Source: a virus. Taken from it: DNA of 64,000 nt. Location of the stretch: positions 1 through 64,000 of IMG/VR virus record IMGVR_UViG_3300042894_002524; one strand, written 5' to 3'. Made by a program: the position numbers and the translations under genes. The notes below the pieces were generated by a model. The model worked only from the letters and a program-made list of their open reading frames with translations, was not told where the DNA came from and made no database searches. This document shows, piece after piece, positions 17,124 through 25,708 of the stretch (positions within the stretch are counted from its first letter, which is position 1; every line of letters starts with the position of its first letter).

Positions 17124-18863
17124 TCATAGGGTTTCTAACCATCCTTCTATATCGTCTGCACTAATGGAACTTTTTTGATCCATCAATGACAGTTCTTTTG
17201 TAGAACCATTATACAGATGAGTTGAGCCAAATTCAGGCATATCTTCATCATATTCATATTCTCGATCTGTGCCGATAATTTCAATATCAACTTCTGTGTC
17301 CATAACCATGTTCTGAATACAGTTAAAAACAGAACCGGCAAGAGCATCGGCTAAATCTTTAGACCCGGAGTTCGGGTGGTCAATCTTATTGTTATTGAAT
17401 AGTCTTAACTTAAGAAGTTCTTCTTCAACAAGTAATTCAATCCAATAACCCCTTAGTCTGGTATCGTAAATAGTTGTCATTAAGGTATCATAATCGGTTT
17501 TCTTAACGCTGTGGAAGTTTGCATTAATACCTTGAGCTTTTAAGCTTTGAATCATCTCAACAGATTGCCAACGGTCAAATGTAACTAATCCAACATCATA
17601 TTTTCTACATAGATCAACAATCATTTGCCTTACTGACGAAAAGTTAATTTCCTCTCCGGGTTTAGCTTGCCATGAATGTATTAAGTCAACATTCACAACA
17701 GGAAGTGTCTCAACACCCATTGATGTTTTAACTTCTTTAAACCCGGCACAATGAACCATAGATAAAGCTGATCTATCTCGTTTGAGTCCAAGGTCAATAT
17801 GAATAAACCTTACATGACCATCTTTATTATTAAACCAATCTTTAAATTCACCATCTTCGTTTATGGGATTTTCACTATACATAAAAGCTTTTCTAACCAA
17901 ATCTGCATCTCTAAAATATGCATCTTCCATTGTTGGTGGTTCACATTCAAATCTAGCTCTGGCTTCAATTGGGTTCCTAATATATTCAGACTCTAATTGT
18001 TCTCTAAAGATAGTTGGGTTTACTTCCCAAGTTGCAGCTTTGATTGACCAAGTTTTAGGTTCATTCTTTTCTCTAGAGTTAAAGAATCGCTGCTGAATAA
18101 AGTCTCCTTTATACCGGGGGAAAGATAGAAGAATAACTTTACCAACTTCAGGGAAACGAGACATAACAGATAATTTACTCATGTTATAAATAGCAGAAGC
18201 TGAACCTTTTGATCTATGATCACCTTTAGTTTCAGCATCAGTTTTGAAAGCTGAGATTTCATCCAAAATAATTGACATTACTTCATAGCCTTCCCATCCT
18301 TCACTTTCTGAGTGACCAGAGAAACATCTTACTGGTCTACTAAAGAAAAAGATTTCAGATACTCTTGGCTCAAAGCCTACAGAGTTAAAATAAGGTGAAC
18401 CTAGTAATAAGTTCTTTAATGGTTCAAAGAACACTCTCTGAGCTTGCTGAGCGTTTACAGCAAGGTTTAACAAGTCAATATAGACACCTCTAGCTTTACC
18501 ATAATAGTTCAGAGGGTCTCTAAGACAATGTAAGAGATAAACAGTGTAAGCCATTGATATTCTGGCACAGTGATCTTTTCCAGATCCTTTACCTAACATG
18601 CAAATGACTTCATTATCTGTATAATCGGCATACCATTTCGTACCGGCTTCTTCACCATACATTTTTATCAGTGTTGGAAGTTTTAAAATTTGTGTGGAAT
18701 GGCGCACGATTTCTAGTTGAATAGGTGATAGGCTAGGTAGTCCAAGATATTTTTTATCTGTTACAAAAGTTTCTATAGAAACAGGAACTTCAACAAGTTC
18801 ATCTTGTTTAAGTAACTTATCAAAATCATCATAGTTTAAGTTGATGCCGAGATAATCAGACAT
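17124..18863 (-). CDS. terL: Terminase large subunit
   Basis: Walker A LGKGSGKD; Walker B IILDE; nuclease HIDLG...DRSA...TFDRWQS...KIDHP..GSKDLADA. Confidence 0.93.
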   Translation of the reverse strand: MSDYLGINLNYDDFDKLLKQDELVEVPVSIETFVTDKKYLGLPSLSPIQLEIVRHSTQILKLPTLIKMYGEEAGTKWYADYTDNEVICMLGKGSGKDHCARISMAYTVYLLHCLRDPLNYYGKARGVYIDLLNLAVNAQQAQRVFFEPLKNLLLGSPYFNSVGFEPRVSEIFFFSRPVRCFSGHSESEGWEGYEVMSIILDEISAFKTDAETKGDHRSKGSASAIYNMSKLSVMSRFPEVGKVILLSFPRYKGDFIQQRFFNSREKNEPKTWSIKAATWEVNPTIFREQLESEYIRNPIEARARFECEPPTMEDAYFRDADLVRKAFMYSENPINEDGEFKDWFNNKDGHVRFIHIDLGLKRDRSALSMVHCAGFKEVKTSMGVETLPVVNVDLIHSWQAKPGEEINFSSVRQMIVDLCRKYDVGLVTFDRWQSVEMIQSLKAQGINANFHSVKKTDYDTLMTTIYDTRLRGYWIELLVEEELLKLRLFNNNKIDHPNSGSKDLADALAGSVFNCIQNMVMDTEVDIEIIGTDREYEYDEDMPEFGSTHLYNGSTKELSLMDQKSSISADDIEGWLETL

Positions 18864-18874
18864 AAAAAACCCCC

Positions 18875-18985
18875 CGTAAGGGCAAAAAAGCCATTCTCAA
18901 ATTATGACGATATTGGTAAAGCCCAAAAAAAAGGTCTCTAATTATGAGCCGTAATGGGTCAAAAAAAGGTCTCTTGATATGAGCT
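18875..18985. repeat. Three imperfect tandem 35-40-bp A-tract repeats between terS and terL
   Basis: Units begin GTAA at 18876, 18916 and 18951; consensus gtaa-gg-cAAAAAAAggtctc--attatgagc. Confidence 0.75.
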
Positions 18986-18988
18986 TTT

Positions 18989-19573
18989 TTATTGCTCGTG
19001 AGATTCAACATCAATGACTTCCTCTTCCTTTGGCTCATCCATTATTTCAAATGCGATAGCAAGTTCTTTACGAACCTCTTCCGCAACTTCGGGAAACTTT
19101 GCAATAACATCTCGGAGGACTCTGGACAGAATCTGGTTAACATTCTCAGCCTTCTGCATTCTACCGATATACTCGGCATCGGAGTTGTTACCACCCATGA
19201 GTTTATGAAGCTGAGCTTTCTTTGTAGCAAGCTCTCCGGCAAGCTTAATGGCTTGAATCCTTGCTGCGACCATCCCATGATCTGTCGCAATGTTGATTGT
19301 CTCCCAAGCTTCTTTGCTTAGTTCATCAAACTCTTTAAGAGCTTTGATTGTATTGAACTGAACACGCTCTAGGAAGTAGGGGTCATCGTCAGCTTTCCTA
19401 TTGAGAATCTTCTTGTATTCTTCAATATAACCCTTGACTTCGGCTGGTTTGATTGACATCAGAGAGGCTATCTCGTGGTTAGAGTAACCTTTGACATGCA
19501 TTAGCCCCGCATCTTCAACATCCTTAATCTTATCGAATAAAGTCTTCTCTTTTACTGGTTCAATATCTGACAT
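18989..19573 (-). CDS. Terminase small subunit (putative)
   Basis: N-terminal HTH (GYSNHEIASLM), helical body, immediately upstream of terL; likely start MSDIE. Confidence 0.65.
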   Translation of the reverse strand: MSDIEPVKEKTLFDKIKDVEDAGLMHVKGYSNHEIASLMSIKPAEVKGYIEEYKKILNRKADDDPYFLERVQFNTIKALKEFDELSKEAWETINIATDHGMVAARIQAIKLAGELATKKAQLHKLMGGNNSDAEYIGRMQKAENVNQILSRVLRDVIAKFPEVAEEVRKELAIAFEIMDEPKEEEVIDVESHEQ

Positions 19574-20619
19574 AATCTGTCGTAATAGCCTTTCGCAACA
19601 GTATCCCAAGACCATTTATCTTGATTGGTAACTGCATTGTTATATGTGAAGTTAGAAACATCATCATAATTATAAATTACATATAACATTTTATCACATA
19701 AATCATCGAAATTTGGCTCTGCCCATTCACCACACTCACCGTAGATACCGGACATCTTACTTTTTCCCCATTTGAAATCAAGAGGAACTGACATACTGGC
19801 ATATTCTGTACAAGCTGTAGCATCGGTGCAGATAGTCGGAATACCTTTCGCTATAGCTTGGAGAGGCAGCATGCCCCAACCTTCACCACTTGTAGGGTAA
19901 ATGAGGCAATCTGCACGATCATAAATTAAAGCCAGTTCTTCAATGGGAACATCATTCTCAATGACTTCAATATTTGGATGATTTTTGATAGCAGAAGGCT
20001 CACCCCTATCATTCCACAGTCGGGCATCAGGAGAGTCCACGCTCTTGTAAAGAAGCTTGAACCTATCATCTTTGCCAAAGAGCTTTACAAACGCATCAAC
20101 AGCGAGCTGACTGTTCTTTCTGGTAGAAGGAGAGCCGATGCTAAGGAAGGTAAACGGTTGAGATTTAAGAGTCCTCTTCACAGGAAAGAAGTATCTTGAA
20201 TCTACTCCGAGATCAAAATTATAAGTGGGGACTTTGACTCCGGAACTTGTAAATACATCTTTAGCCCATGATGATGTTGTCCAGATTTCATCCATCATGT
20301 TCATACGCCTTACCCAGTCTTCAGGCAAGCGTGTTGTTTCCCAGTATGAAAAGCCAACATTGTATCCGCTACACATTGCGTAATCAAGAGGGAGTCGATT
20401 ATTAATTAAAACATCGTAACCTACATGGTCATAACATTCTGATTGATATTGAATACCAATACCAACCTCTGCCATAGGCTTGAGATCTGATGGCATGATG
20501 CAATCACGATCTATCTCAACACCCATTAGGATTAGACGATTGTAGATTTCATCCTCGGCTACCTTGTAACCTTCATTACGGACTTGGGCAACACTTGTGC
20601 CATTCCATACAATCTCCAT
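19552..20619 (-). CDS. GT-B fold glycosyltransferase (family 4-like)
   Basis: WETTRLP...DEIWT...RKN...YPTSGEGWGMLPLQAIAKGIP. Confidence 0.9.
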   Translation of the reverse strand: MEIVWNGTSVAQVRNEGYKVAEDEIYNRLILMGVEIDRDCIMPSDLKPMAEVGIGIQYQSECYDHVGYDVLINNRLPLDYAMCSGYNVGFSYWETTRLPEDWVRRMNMMDEIWTTSSWAKDVFTSSGVKVPTYNFDLGVDSRYFFPVKRTLKSQPFTFLSIGSPSTRKNSQLAVDAFVKLFGKDDRFKLLYKSVDSPDARLWNDRGEPSAIKNHPNIEVIENDVPIEELALIYDRADCLIYPTSGEGWGMLPLQAIAKGIPTICTDATACTEYASMSVPLDFKWGKSKMSGIYGECGEWAEPNFDDLCDKMLYVIYNYDDVSNFTYNNAVTNQDKWSWDTVAKGYYDRLCQILNQ

Positions 20620-20625
20620 TTTTAT

Positions 20626-21381
20626 TTAAGCCTCTGGGTCAAATGCAAGTTGCTTACCGCCCTCACCAGCAGCAGCTTCTAATTCTTCAATAGAATATCC
20701 ATGTTGTTTTGTAAACTCAACACGATAGTTGTACCAACCAGATGTACCAATCCAGAATCTTGGGTCGGTGTCTTTGGCTAGTTCGGTAAGTTCTTCTGGT
20801 TGGAGCAAGAAGCTAAGGACTCCCAGAGGCATGTACAAGGTCATATCGTAGTTTTCATGCTTGTCTGATGCATACTCTCTGATAATGTCTTGAAATTCCT
20901 TAACAATTTTCTGCACAGGCTTCCCTGCATAGAAATCAATATTTCCATAAGCATTTCTTTCTCGTGGACAGAAATCATCAACAGGTGTTATTGTCCCGAA
21001 AGAACGACACACGAACGGTCTAAACCCATAGACTGTGCAGCCCCCTTTGTAGAAAGCACAATGCTTTTCAGATTCTCCACCGGACTTCCATGTTTCGTCA
21101 TACATCGCTTGTTTAAGAGAGTTGACAACATCAGCCATCCATTCTTTAGCAGCGTCTTCACCTTTATCCTCAAGAGTCAAATAGTATTGCTGAGTAAGAT
21201 TGTAGGCAATGTTGGCACATTCAAACATTGGAATAACAAGACCAATCTTGCAACACTTACCTGAACCAAGACACTTTGATGGTGATTGATTTTGCTTTGC
21301 TTCAATAATACGGATCTGGTTATAAATCATATCCAATCTTGCAAAATTGACAATATCTTTAATAGTGACGCTTCTTTTCAT
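20626..21381 (-). CDS. YkgJ/FliB-like Cys-cluster (Fe-S/Zn) protein
   Basis: CLGSGKCC...CAFYKGGCTVY..RPFVCR.FG. Confidence 0.75.
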   Translation of the reverse strand: MKRSVTIKDIVNFARLDMIYNQIRIIEAKQNQSPSKCLGSGKCCKIGLVIPMFECANIAYNLTQQYYLTLEDKGEDAAKEWMADVVNSLKQAMYDETWKSGGESEKHCAFYKGGCTVYGFRPFVCRSFGTITPVDDFCPRERNAYGNIDFYAGKPVQKIVKEFQDIIREYASDKHENYDMTLYMPLGVLSFLLQPEELTELAKDTDPRFWIGTSGWYNYRVEFTKQHGYSIEELEAAAGEGGKQLAFDPEA

Positions 21382-21671
21382 CGCCCCATACCTTTCTTTC
21401 TAAGCTTATTAGCTTTTTGTTGTTCTCTTCTTCTTTTCTCAACTTGCTCTTGCAAAGGAGATTTTGGTCTCCGCAATGTTGTTGAAGAAAGATTGCGACC
21501 TTTGCCTCGAAATCTGAGGAGGTCATATTTTTTGCACCAGTTATAAACTGCTTGCGGTGTTACTTCGATATTATAAGATTGTTTTAAAACCTTGCAAATA
21601 TCTGTTAAGTTCATTCGTTTTTGAACATAGTGTTCGTACAACCAAGCTTTGTCTTTATAAACATCAGTCAT
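21378..21671 (-). CDS. HTH DNA-binding protein
   Basis: YKDKAWLYEHYV...LTDICK...VTPQAVYNW. Confidence 0.7.
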   Translation of the reverse strand: MTDVYKDKAWLYEHYVQKRMNLTDICKVLKQSYNIEVTPQAVYNWCKKYDLLRFRGKGRNLSSTTLRRPKSPLQEQVEKRRREQQKANKLRKKGMGR

Positions 21672-22248
21672 CCGGGTTAACCACTTTCCAATACCAAATA
21701 GCTATTCCAACAGCGTCAACAATGTCATCGTCACCGAGGTCAAGGTCATCATCGTTGAAATATTCTTCAATTATAACACGGACTCTGCGTTTTCTTTCTT
21801 CTTTCTTTTTAAGTTCAATATTCTTTTTTTGCCCGTTTTCTTTTAAGGCATCTTTATCTTTACCTGTTAGATTTTTATATCCAACACCACTTCTCCATAC
21901 GAGAGGACTGACATCCATCACTCTTTTACAGGTGAAGGATGCCATTCCCCAAGTGAAGCCAATGATGTAAGAAAGTAAACGGCTTGTCTGAAAGTTCTGA
22001 ATATAAACAGACTGCTCAATGACGCAAACATCGGGCTTGTATAAATTACAGATACTTGTGATCCCAAACTTAATTTGACTGAACTTGTCTTCAATCGTAG
22101 AATTCTTCATGAAAGAAAGCTTGTCTGACTTAACAAGAACTAACTCACCGTCAATTCTTTGCATGATGCACCAAGCTAGTGAGTGAGAAGCCGGGTCAAT
22201 AGCCAGTACGGTATTGACCTTCTCTTTCTTTAAATAATTGAGACTCAT
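21664..22248 (-). CDS. RuvC-like Holliday junction resolvase
   Basis: VLAIDP...PDVCVIEQ...P..W...DDIVDAVGIA. Confidence 0.85.
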   Translation of the reverse strand: MSLNYLKKEKVNTVLAIDPASHSLAWCIMQRIDGELVLVKSDKLSFMKNSTIEDKFSQIKFGITSICNLYKPDVCVIEQSVYIQNFQTSRLLSYIIGFTWGMASFTCKRVMDVSPLVWRSGVGYKNLTGKDKDALKENGQKKNIELKKKEERKRRVRVIIEEYFNDDDLDLGDDDIVDAVGIAIWYWKVVNPDD

Positions 22249-22559
22249 TGCTTCTGATCCTTGCGAATCTTTTCTTCATCCCAACCCCACGACACTAACC
22301 TTTGAACATACCTTTCTTCCTTACAGGCTTCACAGATATCTTCTTTATTATAAGTAGAAAGTATTGTTGTACAGTCTTTTGTTTTACAGATTCTTTTCTT
22401 ATGTTTATTAGCTTTTTTTGTGTGATAAGATTCCAATAGCTTCTTATTGGTTATAATCTTTCTACACTCCGGACTGCAATAGGTAGCATTATAAACTTTA
22501 GCTACGAATTGTTTTTTGCAATCACCGTTTGAGCAAACTCTTTTCTCTTCGTTGAACAT
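22245..22559 (-). CDS. Cys-rich Zn-binding protein
   Basis: C....C..F......YCSPEC...C...C...CEAC. Confidence 0.75.
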   Translation of the reverse strand: MFNEEKRVCSNGDCKKQFVAKVYNATYCSPECRKIITNKKLLESYHTKKANKHKKRICKTKDCTTILSTYNKEDICEACKEERYVQRLVSWGWDEEKIRKDQKQ

Positions 22560-22577
22560 CTTTTTTCATAGCAATAC

Positions 22578-23327
22578 CTAGAAAGGTTCTTCAACCTCGG
22601 TAGTTTTGCTAAATTCTCCTTCACCCCAACACATGGCAGCAAGGTCACACTGAGCGCATTTCGCCGATGACCTCTTATACGGTTGTTTAGGTAGCTCCCC
22701 CTCAAGGAAGTTAGTATAAATTTTATTATACTTAGTAAACAGTTTATCAATAAAAACATCGTCACGCTCTATAAAGATAGGTAATATCTCCTGATTGTTC
22801 TTATTTTCATAGATAACATAACCACTTGGTAAGTCCAAACACCTCATATAAATCTGAGCCTGACGATAATGATCATCTTTTGGCTTGTTATGGAACTGGC
22901 GATACTGGAAACCTTCTGCGCTAATTGACTTCAATTCAATCAGTTTGTGACCATACCAGTCAATGATTCCGTCAGCTGTACCCTCAATAGGAGGGTCTGT
23001 ATGAGTTACTGGGATTTCCTCGGCAACAAGTATACCCATCTCACGGAGATAGCTATACAGACGCTCATGGACAGCGTGACCATTATCAAAGATACGATAA
23101 GTCTGTGATCTAAAGGAAGGTGTGACCTCTTGACCCTCAAATAGGTAATGCCAATATCTAGCACATTGGTTTGTGTAACTTGGGTGAAAACCACCGACCT
23201 TCTTAAATTCTGGCTTGTTCCTTAGAGCAAGATGGTCATCAATAGCGTCATTAAGAAGCTTCTCAACCAAGTCCTCCTTATTAATCGGTTCCTTTGGTGT
23301 CTTCAGTTGTTGTAATGCTTTTAACAT
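22578..23327 (-). CDS. Cas4-like PD-(D/E)xK exonuclease (solo, phage type)
   Basis: CARY...G.AVH...GTADG...IELKS...QAQIY...CAQC...C. Confidence 0.88.
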   Translation of the reverse strand: MLKALQQLKTPKEPINKEDLVEKLLNDAIDDHLALRNKPEFKKVGGFHPSYTNQCARYWHYLFEGQEVTPSFRSQTYRIFDNGHAVHERLYSYLREMGILVAEEIPVTHTDPPIEGTADGIIDWYGHKLIELKSISAEGFQYRQFHNKPKDDHYRQAQIYMRCLDLPSGYVIYENKNNQEILPIFIERDDVFIDKLFTKYNKIYTNFLEGELPKQPYKRSSAKCAQCDLAAMCWGEGEFSKTTEVEEPF

Positions 23328-23642
23328 TTATGCTCCTTTTGCAGCAATCTTTAACGCATTGATATTTTCCAATAACGCTTCGTACATTGTTTTCCAGATA
23401 TCATTAACGAACTTATCTTGTTCGGACATAATACTTGATCTTCTTTTGAATGCTTGTGATTTTACAATCATCATTGTTCTATAACCAGAAAGTACATTTA
23501 AATACTTAATAGCTTGCATTCCTACATAGTTCTGAGGATTATCAATAATGTCTTGAACAATCCTCATACACTCAATAAATTCTTGTGCTTTATCACCCAT
23601 CTGCTCAGCGAGCCAATCCGGGTCTACCACGATGTCAGCCAT
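23328..23642 (-). CDS. Hypothetical helical protein
   Basis: 104 aa, abuts the Cas4-like gene. Confidence 0.7.
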   Translation of the reverse strand: MADIVVDPDWLAEQMGDKAQEFIECMRIVQDIIDNPQNYVGMQAIKYLNVLSGYRTMMIVKSQAFKRRSSIMSEQDKFVNDIWKTMYEALLENINALKIAAKGA

Positions 23643-23807
23643 TTTCCATTCTCCTATTCATCCCATTTTTTTCCTAAAATTAACTTTGGTTGTTTATGAC
23701 AGATTCCACATCTACCAAACTTCCCATCTCCGTAGTGCGTCTTCCACTCACGACAGCATAGCACCACTATTTCCATCCCATATCTTTGTTCAAGACTTTT
23801 TCTTCCG

Positions 23808-24434
23808 CTATTCGATGTCATAGTGATATCTATTATCATCAGATGTTTTCCACTTGTTTGCATCCTCAACATCCCATTTTCTAGTGTTGACAAATCTCTC
23901 AATCAAAGTTCCCGTCTTGGTCGTAAACGAAGGGTCGAACAGTCTAACTCTATTGTTTGGCTGAATAGCATAGTTCCCATCATCTCTAAGCATGACATGA
24001 CCACATTTGTGTTGACCCGGATTTGTGCTGAAACCAAGGTTTATAGTGTTGTCATCTGGTGCATGCCAATCAAGTGTAAATAGGTATTTTGCGTTTACGA
24101 ACTCTCCAGAACGAGCAACATAAGCCATTCTCATATTTCTCATTGCTTGAAACTCAGTAACAGCTACATGAGGACTAAAAGAGTTCCACAGAACAAGTTC
24201 GTGAATATCAACTTCAGGTACACCCGGTCTTTCACAGAAAGCGTTTATAGGCATTCTCCACCAAACACCCCCATCTTCCATTAAGAAATGGAACAGAGGA
24301 CTTCTCCCCTGAATGCTAGTTACTCCAAAAATCATGCAGGGAAAGTATTTATCATGAGAGTCCAACTGGTCTCTTAGGAAGTTACCTCTAACATAACATT
24401 CAATCATTGGTATATTAGCATTAAGCTCCGGCAT
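23808..24434 (-). CDS. Conserved-type hypothetical phage protein
   Basis: LNANIP...YLFTLDW...HKCGH...G.YAIQPNNR. Confidence 0.8.
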   Translation of the reverse strand: MPELNANIPMIECYVRGNFLRDQLDSHDKYFPCMIFGVTSIQGRSPLFHFLMEDGGVWWRMPINAFCERPGVPEVDIHELVLWNSFSPHVAVTEFQAMRNMRMAYVARSGEFVNAKYLFTLDWHAPDDNTINLGFSTNPGQHKCGHVMLRDDGNYAIQPNNRVRLFDPSFTTKTGTLIERFVNTRKWDVEDANKWKTSDDNRYHYDIE

Positions 24435-24461
24435 TTTATTTATTTATCTTTCTTTTATAAC

Positions 24462-25157
24462 TCAATGGAACTTTCTCCAATGAGTAACTGGCTGGATTCC
24501 GAGATGCTTGCTTGAGACATCGGAGTATGTAAGTAGGATATCACAAGCTACGCATATTCTTTTTGTCTTGATATCATCCAGACTCCCAACAAGTGGTTCT
24601 TCAGCGTTTGTCTCATCTTTCCTCGTATTGTAGTGCAAAGTGTTTGATGGGAAGACAAAAACTTGCCCTTTGCGTGTTTCAAAGTCCCAAGCTTTTGCAC
24701 CATACGGATTCCATTCTTTTGCGTTATATCCAGATATCCCCACATAAGGATCTCTATCATGGCTAGAGTCTACAAAAGTCAAAGTTTGCTCGCCATCCTC
24801 GGGAGTTGCTGCGTAGTAAACAACAGATAGATGAGAATCTCCATGAGTGTGCATTCTTAGAGGAGCCTTAGTGGAGGAGTTCAACCAAGACTTTACAATA
24901 TTTATATCAAAATTTCTGTGCTCAATCCCAATTGTTTCCAAATATTGCTGAACACACTCAGTAATGAAAGTGAAAAGTCCAGCAAATTCTTTTTGATGAT
25001 GAACAGCATTTCTACCAGACGATTCTCCAGATAAACCACCAGAGAAATGCCCTTCCCAATGCTGATAAAATAATTCAAGAAAACTATCACTATCCGGGTA
25101 CACCGATTGCGTTACAGTGGTTGGGAATAAAGCATAAACAATGCTATTCATAATCAC
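24462..25157 (-). CDS. 2OG-Fe(II) oxygenase (TIGR02466-like)
   Basis: SWLN...HTH.DSHLS.VYY...G.VFVFPS..LH...RI. Confidence 0.8.
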   Translation of the reverse strand: MIMNSIVYALFPTTVTQSVYPDSDSFLELFYQHWEGHFSGGLSGESSGRNAVHHQKEFAGLFTFITECVQQYLETIGIEHRNFDINIVKSWLNSSTKAPLRMHTHGDSHLSVVYYAATPEDGEQTLTFVDSSHDRDPYVGISGYNAKEWNPYGAKAWDFETRKGQVFVFPSNTLHYNTRKDETNAEEPLVGSLDDIKTKRICVACDILLTYSDVSSKHLGIQPVTHWRKFH

Positions 25158-25443
25158 TATCCCGAATCAGTTCTTTAAATACATGCCATTCAATGATGGC
25201 AACCTTGACATCGGAATCTTCTCCTAGGACAACAGACAGACACGGATGTTTATATGTTGATCTCCAAGCATCTTTTCTCAGCTTGATCCATCCATCTCTT
25301 GTGAGAGTAAATGTCTTGCCGTTGTGTTTATAGTCCACAACAAATTCATTCATCGTTGCATCACCCTTCCGGAATCCCCGACCAGAGTTTTTAACTGGTC
25401 TAGCCCCGTCACGCTTGGTTTCTTCTTTTTCATTTCTTTTCAT
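25144..25443 (-). CDS. Small PD-(D/E)xK nuclease / Hjc-like resolvase
   Basis: GARPVKNSGRG..KGDA....FVVDYK. Confidence 0.7.
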   Translation of the reverse strand: MKRNEKEETKRDGARPVKNSGRGFRKGDATMNEFVVDYKHNGKTFTLTRDGWIKLRKDAWRSTYKHPCLSVVLGEDSDVKVAIIEWHVFKELIRDSDYE

Positions 25444-25591
25444 TGTATTCCTTACAAGATTTACAGGTTACTTCTTTTTTATTTTGAGTGACATAGTAAT
25501 CACCACCAGTTTTGCCACAAGGTGTCTCATAGTTTGATAAACCACGAGTAATCATGTGGAAGTGGATAAGAGTGCTTTGCTCTTTTCTCAT
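25430..25591 (-). CDS. Small Zn-binding protein (53 aa, not in ORF track)
   Basis: MRKEQSTLIHFH...PCGK...VTCKSC. Confidence 0.6.
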   Translation of the reverse strand: MRKEQSTLIHFHMITRGLSNYETPCGKTGGDYYVTQNKKEVTCKSCKEYNEKK

Positions 25592-25707
25592 TAATCAATC
25601 TCCATATCCGTATTATCCATTGTCTCCTTAAACTCTTGGTAAAACTTAATTAGATTGTAAACAATTCCAACACAAATGCCGGCGATGACTAGAAGATAGA
25701 TAACCAT
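25591..25707 (-). CDS. Small membrane protein (38 aa, not in ORF track)
   Basis: MVIYLLVIAGICVGIVYNLIKFYQEF...; SD GAGGTG. Confidence 0.6.
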   Translation of the reverse strand: MVIYLLVIAGICVGIVYNLIKFYQEFKETMDNTDMEID

Positions 25708-25708
25708 G

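Noticed and set aside
18875-23327. CRISPR-Cas system (Cas4-like gene plus nearby repeats)
   Set aside because: The repeats are degenerate, nearly abutting and lack unique 30-40-nt spacers. There is no cas1, cas2 or effector gene, and solo Cas4-like nucleases are common in phages.
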